Made by a program: the position numbers and the translations under genes | Part shown: positions 6,113 through 11,049 of the stretch, one piece after another | Position numbering within the stretch: the stretch's first letter is position 1 | Layout: each line of letters opens with the position of its first letter | Origin: Candidatus Krumholzibacteriia bacterium | GTDB taxonomy: Bacteria > Krumholzibacteriota > Krumholzibacteriia > LZORAL124-64-63 | NCBI GenBank assembly: GCA_036351155.1 | Contig: JAZBOO010000192.1 | Coordinates: 1-11,049 of the forward strand | DNA length: 11,049 nucleotides | Reading direction: 5' to 3' | Notes under the pieces: generated by a model | Seen by the model: only the letters and a program-made list of their open reading frames with translations | What the model was told of the DNA's origin: nothing | Database searches by the model: none

Positions 6113-8542
6113 TCACCGCACCAGGGTCATGCTGCGCGTGGCCGTGAACTCGCCCGCCTCCACCCGCGAAAAGTACACGCCGCTCGATACGCTGCGCCCG
6201 CCACTGTCCTGACCGTTCCAGCGCACCTCGTGGTGGCCGGCGCCCAGGGTTTCGCTGATCAGGGTGGTGACCAGGCGGCCGCCGGCGTCGTACACCGACA
6301 CCCGCACGCCCGCGGTCCGGGGCAGGTCGAAGGCGATCTGCGTCATGGGATTGAAGGGGTTGGGGTAGTTGCCGCGGTGGTGGAACACCGTGGGCATGCC
6401 GTCGACGGCCGAAACAGCCAGTTGCACCATCACTTCGCCGCTGGCCAGCCCTTCGTTCCCGTGGGCATCCACCGCGGTCACCCGGTAGTACACCGTGCCG
6501 CTGGCCGTGTTGTCCACCAGGCCGGGAGTCAGGCTGGATCCCACCAGGGTGGTCTCATCCAGGACAAAGCCCGACTCGCTGCCGCGATACACCAGGTACT
6601 GAGCCAGGTCCTCGTCGTGGCTGCCGCTGGCGACCCAGGTGAGGTCGGCCGCGCCACCGTTGTTGACGCCCGCCAGACTCAAGGGCGCACCGGGCGCCAG
6701 ATTGTCCACCGAGTGGCCGCTGATCTGGTTGCTGGAATCCCAGAAAATGGTCGATTCCTGGTGATGCGCAATGACCTTGACCAGGGTGCTGGGCACGCCG
6801 CTGCCGGTGGAATCGCCGAAGGTGGGACAGAAGGCAGAATACTCCGCAGCAAAGACGGCAGGCACCGAGCTCGCGTAAACAAAACCCGTGGACCTGAGCT
6901 GAGCAACCGCCGATTCCTCCATACCCAGAATACCGGCCAGTTCACTGTCCTGGAGAGGAGCTTCCAGGGCGGCGGTCTTGTCCTGCCCCATCACCCACAC
7001 TGAGTAGTTCTCGACGGCACCGAAAATGCTGTTGTCCAGGGGGCTGGCGTCCCAGGTGACGATCATTTCCCCGCCCTGGTCGTTGGGCCTGTCCTGGGCT
7101 GCGGTCAAGGTGAAGCCGTTGTTGCCACGGTATCCGTGAAGATCCACCTTCACCGCCACCGGGTAGGTGCCGAAATCATCGAAACCAAATTTCATCCAGC
7201 TGGCCATGAATCCACCCGCGTCATCACTCACCATTTCCAGCTCAGTACCCAGGACGGGATTCGCGATGGCGATCAGCGCACCCGCTTCCTCGCCGAGGAC
7301 TTCTCCATGGAGGCTGACTTTCCGAGTGACGATCCTGTTGCTGTATTGCTCCTTCCAGAGGCAGGTCACCCCGCCGTCTGCCGTGGGCAACAGTCCGGTG
7401 TTTTCAAAACGGGTCCGCTCATTTTCGTGAAGGGTCACTCCGTGGGAACCCCAGATACTGCTGGCCACGTTGGGATCAAAACGTGTCACGGCCACCCGGC
7501 CCCCGTCGGCATCGTCCTCAGGAACATCCTTGAAAACGAGGTAGGCATCGCGCCTGAATCCGGCCTTCAGATGAAAATCCTCCTGTGCCTCGTGGTACCC
7601 GTCGACATAGTAGGATTCTGGCCAGCCCGACGAGTACTTGCCCTGAACTTCCACCCGGGGATTACCCGAACTGTCCAGATCTGCCCAGGCGGCGATCAGG
7701 CCTTCTCCGCCAAAGCTCACCACCTGAGGGTCCATCTGGTCACCCGATGCCCAGGATAGGTTCATCAGCCCTTCCTGGTCCCAGGAGGCCAAACCGGTTT
7801 CAGATATGTACTGCCCGACAATGTCCCAGCCGGTATCAGCATTGTGCTGGGCCCAGGCCAGGCAGGATTGACCGGTGTATGTCCCGGCATGAAGGGCAAG
7901 ACCCTGGATATTGTTGCTGGAGAGTGAGGCCAGAGTGTTCGTACTCCACTGCTTCTCTCCGTCCGCATTGAATCGCTGAGCGAAAACCCGGTCGTTGTTG
8001 TCTCCGTCCTGGATCCAGGCCACGATGGCTCCCCCTGCCCCATCGGCCACCACCTGAGCTTCCCACTGAACCGTTCCCAGGATGACAAACTGCTGCATGA
8101 CCACGCCGCCCTCGGCCCAGGTCGGATTGCAGTTCGCGTCATAATGCTGGAGGTGAAGCAGTGTGTTCCCATTTTCCGGCTGACTCCAGGCCAGGTACAT
8201 GCCGCCGTTCCCATCTGGCGCAATACACGGATAGTCCGCATACTCACCGTCCTCAAGGACGACGGTGCCATAGCTGCCCCACATCCGGTTTCCGTCATAG
8301 CTCAGCTTCTGGGCCAGAAGCGTATCCCCGCCATTCTCGTTTTGCCAGGTGGTGATCAATTCCCCGGGGCCACCCTCAATGCTTTGCTGGTACAGACTCG
8401 ACCAGGCGCCGTTATCGGTGGACTGGAGGGTTTGCTGGTGGTAGTCACGGCTCCAATCGGCCGAGGCCGTCCCGAAAGCCAGAAGCGATAGGACCAGGGT
8501 GGTGAGCATGAACGGGCCGGACCAACGTGATTGCATCTTCAA
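6113..8542 (-). CDS. Secreted protein: signal peptide, ~8-blade beta-propeller, Fn3-like domains, C-terminal FlgD Ig-like / T9SS type A sorting-like domain
   Basis: Signal LVLSLLAFGTASA. Repeats such as DGNGGMYLAW and DGAGGAIVAW. DRPNDQGG domain (~7110-6720). Fn3 SVDNLAPGAP...LTW...YLVYRG...YYRVTAVDAHGNEG (~6718-6420). Tail NYPNPFNP...VYDAGGRLV...WNGQD...SGVYF. TTG start has GGAGG 6 nt upstream; alternative ATG at 8536. Confidence 0.9.
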   Translation of the reverse strand: MKMQSRWSGPFMLTTLVLSLLAFGTASADWSRDYHQQTLQSTDNGAWSSLYQQSIEGGPGELITTWQNENGGDTLLAQKLSYDGNRMWGSYGTVVLEDGEYADYPCIAPDGNGGMYLAWSQPENGNTLLHLQHYDANCNPTWAEGGVVMQQFVILGTVQWEAQVVADGAGGAIVAWIQDGDNNDRVFAQRFNADGEKQWSTNTLASLSSNNIQGLALHAGTYTGQSCLAWAQHNADTGWDIVGQYISETGLASWDQEGLMNLSWASGDQMDPQVVSFGGEGLIAAWADLDSSGNPRVEVQGKYSSGWPESYYVDGYHEAQEDFHLKAGFRRDAYLVFKDVPEDDADGGRVAVTRFDPNVASSIWGSHGVTLHENERTRFENTGLLPTADGGVTCLWKEQYSNRIVTRKVSLHGEVLGEEAGALIAIANPVLGTELEMVSDDAGGFMASWMKFGFDDFGTYPVAVKVDLHGYRGNNGFTLTAAQDRPNDQGGEMIVTWDASPLDNSIFGAVENYSVWVMGQDKTAALEAPLQDSELAGILGMEESAVAQLRSTGFVYASSVPAVFAAEYSAFCPTFGDSTGSGVPSTLVKVIAHHQESTIFWDSSNQISGHSVDNLAPGAPLSLAGVNNGGAADLTWVASGSHDEDLAQYLVYRGSESGFVLDETTLVGSSLTPGLVDNTASGTVYYRVTAVDAHGNEGLASGEVMVQLAVSAVDGMPTVFHHRGNYPNPFNPMTQIAFDLPRTAGVRVSVYDAGGRLVTTLISETLGAGHHEVRWNGQDSGGRSVSSGVYFSRVEAGEFTATRSMTLVR

Positions 8543-8589
8543 GGGAGCCCTCCGGGATGTTTCTGGAATTGAAAATCAAACGAAGAGCA

Positions 8590-8598
8590 ATTTTAACA
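8590..8598 (-). promoter_or_regulatory. Extended -10 (TGtTAAAAT) for the 809-aa gene
   Basis: The minus strand reads TGTTAAAAT, about 47 nt upstream of the start, in an AT-rich tract. Only a weak -35 (TTCCAA, 8618-8613) is present. Confidence 0.55.
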
Positions 8599-8644
8599 GA
8601 TGGTGATGTTTTTTGGAAATTAAAAAGCCTAACATTTCCGTGAT

Positions 8645-8693
8645 ATCTGGACCGATAACCCACTGCGCAGCTGTGGGTTATCCCGGTTCAGAT
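8645..8693. repeat. Long imperfect inverted repeat between divergent promoters
   Basis: GATAACCCAC (8654-8663) and GTGGGTTATC (8673-8682) pair perfectly. ATCTGGACC / GGTTCAGAT extend the stem after a 2-nt bulge, with one G-U pair. Confidence 0.75.
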
Positions 8694-8699
8694 CCCTTC

Positions 8700-8728
8700 T
8701 TGTGTTCTGCAGGCGGGCTCTTTAGTGT
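8700..8728 (+). promoter_or_regulatory. Possible promoter of the OmpA-domain gene (TTGTGT-17-TAGTGT)
   Basis: Hexamers at 8700-8705 and 8723-8728 with a 17-nt spacer. Only a moderate match to the consensus. Confidence 0.35.
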
Positions 8729-8786
8729 ACCGCACAGTTCCACCTAACCGACGCCCATTTTCCCGGGAAGAGCAGGTCGACCAACA

Positions 8787-10352
8787 ATGAACTCCATCAA
8801 ATGCACTCTCGTTGCTCTGGCCCTCTTGCTCCCCCTGGTGGCGACCTCCGCGCCGGTGGACCTCACCCACCCCTCCTCCCAGCCCAGATCCGAGCTTGAG
8901 CACCAGCCATACGATCTGATGGAGTATTACATCAAGGGCACGGGCTACATTTCTGTGTACGGGGAAACCGATGCGCAGGAGTTTTCACATCCCAGGTTTG
9001 CCGATGGCGATCATGTCACCCCCATCGCAAGCTTCTTTGCCCGGCAACTGGGCTTCGATCCCGAGATATTCGTTGATGGCTCCGCCCACTTTCAAAAAGA
9101 GGGCGTGGACCACTACCTGAAGCTGAAAACCTTCGCCACCTCCTACAGCTACACGCTCCTGAAGGTGGCTCCCTACCGCCAGGTTATTACCCTGCCCACC
9201 GATCTGCACTATGTGCTGAAGCCTGGCCAGGACCCGTTCCCTCACCATGAACTGATCCCCAGCGCCACCGGATTTCACATTACGAAGGCCAGGTATTTCG
9301 ACTACGAGGAAATCGATTTTTCCTACGCCCGCGGCCGCCACTCGCACCAGGGAAAAAACTGGAAGATCGATTTCGAAATGATCGCTCGGGGTGACGAGAG
9401 CTTCCGCTACATAACCGCCCACGACTACAAGGCCAGGATGCTACAGATGGGAGGCACCCTCCTGGAAGATGAGGACAACTCCTTCGTGTTCAGGGTGGGA
9501 AACTCCATCGCGGCCTTCAAGAGCTACAACCACACTTTTTCGCTCAACATTGTCGAGGAGCAGGCCTTCGAACAATCGCTGGTGCTGACACCCGACACCA
9601 TCAAGACCGAACTCGACAGGGCCGGCAAGATCACCCTCGACGGCATCTATTTCGATTTCAATGAAGCCACCCTCAAGCCCGAATCGCGGAAGGCCATTCT
9701 TTCGACCGTGGCGCTGATGGAGGGGTATCCGGACCTGGTGCTGGCCGTCCATGGCCACACCGACGACAAGGGCAGCGAAGACTACAACTTGAAGCTTTCG
9801 GGCGATCGGGCCGCCTCGGTGACGGCGGCCATTTCGGCCGAGGGGATCGAGGCCGCGCGCCTTCAGTCGAAGGGTTTCGGCGAGACCGCACCCATCGCCC
9901 CCAACGCCACCGACGAGGGCCGGGCGGAAAACCGCCGAGTGGAGCTCCACAAGATCAGTGGCGGGGAGACGAAGACCCCCATCACCATCGATTTCATCAA
10001 GCCCATGGCCAATTCAATTGTGGCCTCGCGATACTCCCACCCCGGCAGCTCCCTGAGCATCCAGTACGCTCCTCCCTACTCGGAAAAAAAGGAACGGGTG
10101 GAATACGCGGGGCACCTGGATGTCCTCTCCTACGAGATCCAGAAGGATGGCCAGACCAACACGAGTATTTCCCGCACCGAGATTACCAAGAACTACGAGA
10201 ATATTCTGGAACTGTATGATGCTCGGATTCTGGATATTTCTTCCAGTAACATCAGCTTTCACATCCCCGACCGTGGCGATGGCTTGAGTGTTTTCGGCCG
10301 CATCGAGGCCTACGATGGAAAATACACCATCCGGTTTTTGGTAGAGGACTAA
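8787..10352 (+). CDS. Exported OmpA/MotB C-terminal-like (peptidoglycan-binding) domain protein
   Basis: Signal TLVALALLLPLVATSA. OmpA-C motifs IYFDF, HGHTDDKGSEDYNLKLSGDRAASV and GFGETAPIAPNATDEGRAENRRVEL (~9625-9955). No beta-barrel is evident. Confidence 0.92.
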   Translation: MNSIKCTLVALALLLPLVATSAPVDLTHPSSQPRSELEHQPYDLMEYYIKGTGYISVYGETDAQEFSHPRFADGDHVTPIASFFARQLGFDPEIFVDGSAHFQKEGVDHYLKLKTFATSYSYTLLKVAPYRQVITLPTDLHYVLKPGQDPFPHHELIPSATGFHITKARYFDYEEIDFSYARGRHSHQGKNWKIDFEMIARGDESFRYITAHDYKARMLQMGGTLLEDEDNSFVFRVGNSIAAFKSYNHTFSLNIVEEQAFEQSLVLTPDTIKTELDRAGKITLDGIYFDFNEATLKPESRKAILSTVALMEGYPDLVLAVHGHTDDKGSEDYNLKLSGDRAASVTAAISAEGIEAARLQSKGFGETAPIAPNATDEGRAENRRVELHKISGGETKTPITIDFIKPMANSIVASRYSHPGSSLSIQYAPPYSEKKERVEYAGHLDVLSYEIQKDGQTNTSISRTEITKNYENILELYDARILDISSSNISFHIPDRGDGLSVFGRIEAYDGKYTIRFLVED

Positions 10353-11049
10353 AGACCCAGATCGGCCTTGGCCTGAAGGATGCGCAGAACCGCCCGATCC
10401 AGCTGGGCCTGGCGTGCCGGGTCTGCCCCGATCTCTTCCACCAGGATGGCCTTCATCTCGATGGCCTTGGCGGGGAAGGTGACCATCAGCATGTCGTTCC
10501 CGGCGTCGAAGGCCAGCAGCACCAGGCGGCGCAGGTCATTCTCGGGGTACTCGGTGGCATGCACGGCGGCAGTGCCGCTGACCCAGCCGCGCAGCGCCCC
10601 ACCCCACAGGTCATCGGTCATGACCAGGCGGTCGTGGTGTCCGCAGCGGGCCCGCTCCACCCAGTAGGGATCCAGCACCGCGGGAGTTTCCGAAACGGCG
10701 GTGAACCGGATGCTGCTCATCATCACGCCCAGAGCCAGGGACATGGCCCGGGTGAAGGCCGCGATCTGCGCCTCCACTTGCGCGGGCGTGGCCGACGACA
10801 CGGCCAGCTCGTGGTCGCTGTTCTGTGGAACATTGTAACCGGGGAAATGCTTGACGATGCAGCCGATCTGCCGGCTCGCAAAGGCCGAGATGAACGCCGT
10901 GGCCGGCGGCACGATCTCTTCTGAAGAACTGCCGAACGCCCGCTCCCGCCGCCCCATCAGGGTGAGCTCTCCCCCTGGCCCCCGCGCGGGATCCAGCACC
11001 GGCGCCAGGTTGGTGTTGATGCCCAGCCGGATCATGGCCTCGGCCCAGG
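10349..11049 (-). CDS. Glycoside hydrolase family 3 N-terminal domain protein (NagZ-like), 5'-truncated by the window edge
   Basis: GINTNLAPVLD, ERAFG, KHFPG, MTDDL and AGNDMLM motifs. The frame stays open upstream of ATG 11035 (WAEA-M) to the edge, and the N-terminal part of the barrel is missing, so the true start is outside the window. Confidence 0.88.
   Translation of the reverse strand, partial: WAEAMIRLGINTNLAPVLDPARGPGGELTLMGRRERAFGSSSEEIVPPATAFISAFASRQIGCIVKHFPGYNVPQNSDHELAVSSATPAQVEAQIAAFTRAMSLALGVMMSSIRFTAVSETPAVLDPYWVERARCGHHDRLVMTDDLWGGALRGWVSGTAAVHATEYPENDLRRLVLLAFDAGNDMLMVTFPAKAIEMKAILVEEIGADPARQAQLDRAVLRILQAKADLGL

Noticed and set aside
6035..7003. 322-aa plus-strand ORF, and likewise 7136..7759
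   Set aside because: Antisense to the well-supported 809-aa gene.
8724..8729. AGTGTA resembling a YtrA half-site
   Set aside because: No partner half-site nearby; a 6-mer match is expected by chance.
11033..11035. ATG 11035 as the GH3 start codon
   Set aside because: The frame continues to the window edge and the conserved N-terminal part of the barrel is missing.

Overview
GC-rich bacterial window with ordinary but envelope-centred content. It has eight supportable CDSs. (1) A minus-strand AsmA-family gene, absent from the ORF track because it runs off the left edge, with a 157-aa tandem duplication. (2-5) A divergent YtrA-type GntR / ABC ATPase / permease / small lipoprotein operon with a palindromic operator over its -10 box. 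(6) A voltage-gated K+ channel that is probably leaderless. (7) A secreted 809-aa beta-propeller / Fn3 / FlgD-Ig (T9SS-type-A-like tail) protein. (8) A secreted OmpA-C-like protein with repeated flanking domains. There is also a partial, motif-divergent GH3 (NagZ-like) gene. The PNPFNP/FlgD tail suggests an FCB-group organism such as Latescibacterota/Krumholzibacteriota (inference). I see no CRISPR array, RNA gene or mobile element and cannot demonstrate a new system. The best leads are the AsmA duplication, the lipoprotein appended to the Ytr operon and the altered GH3 catalytic loop.
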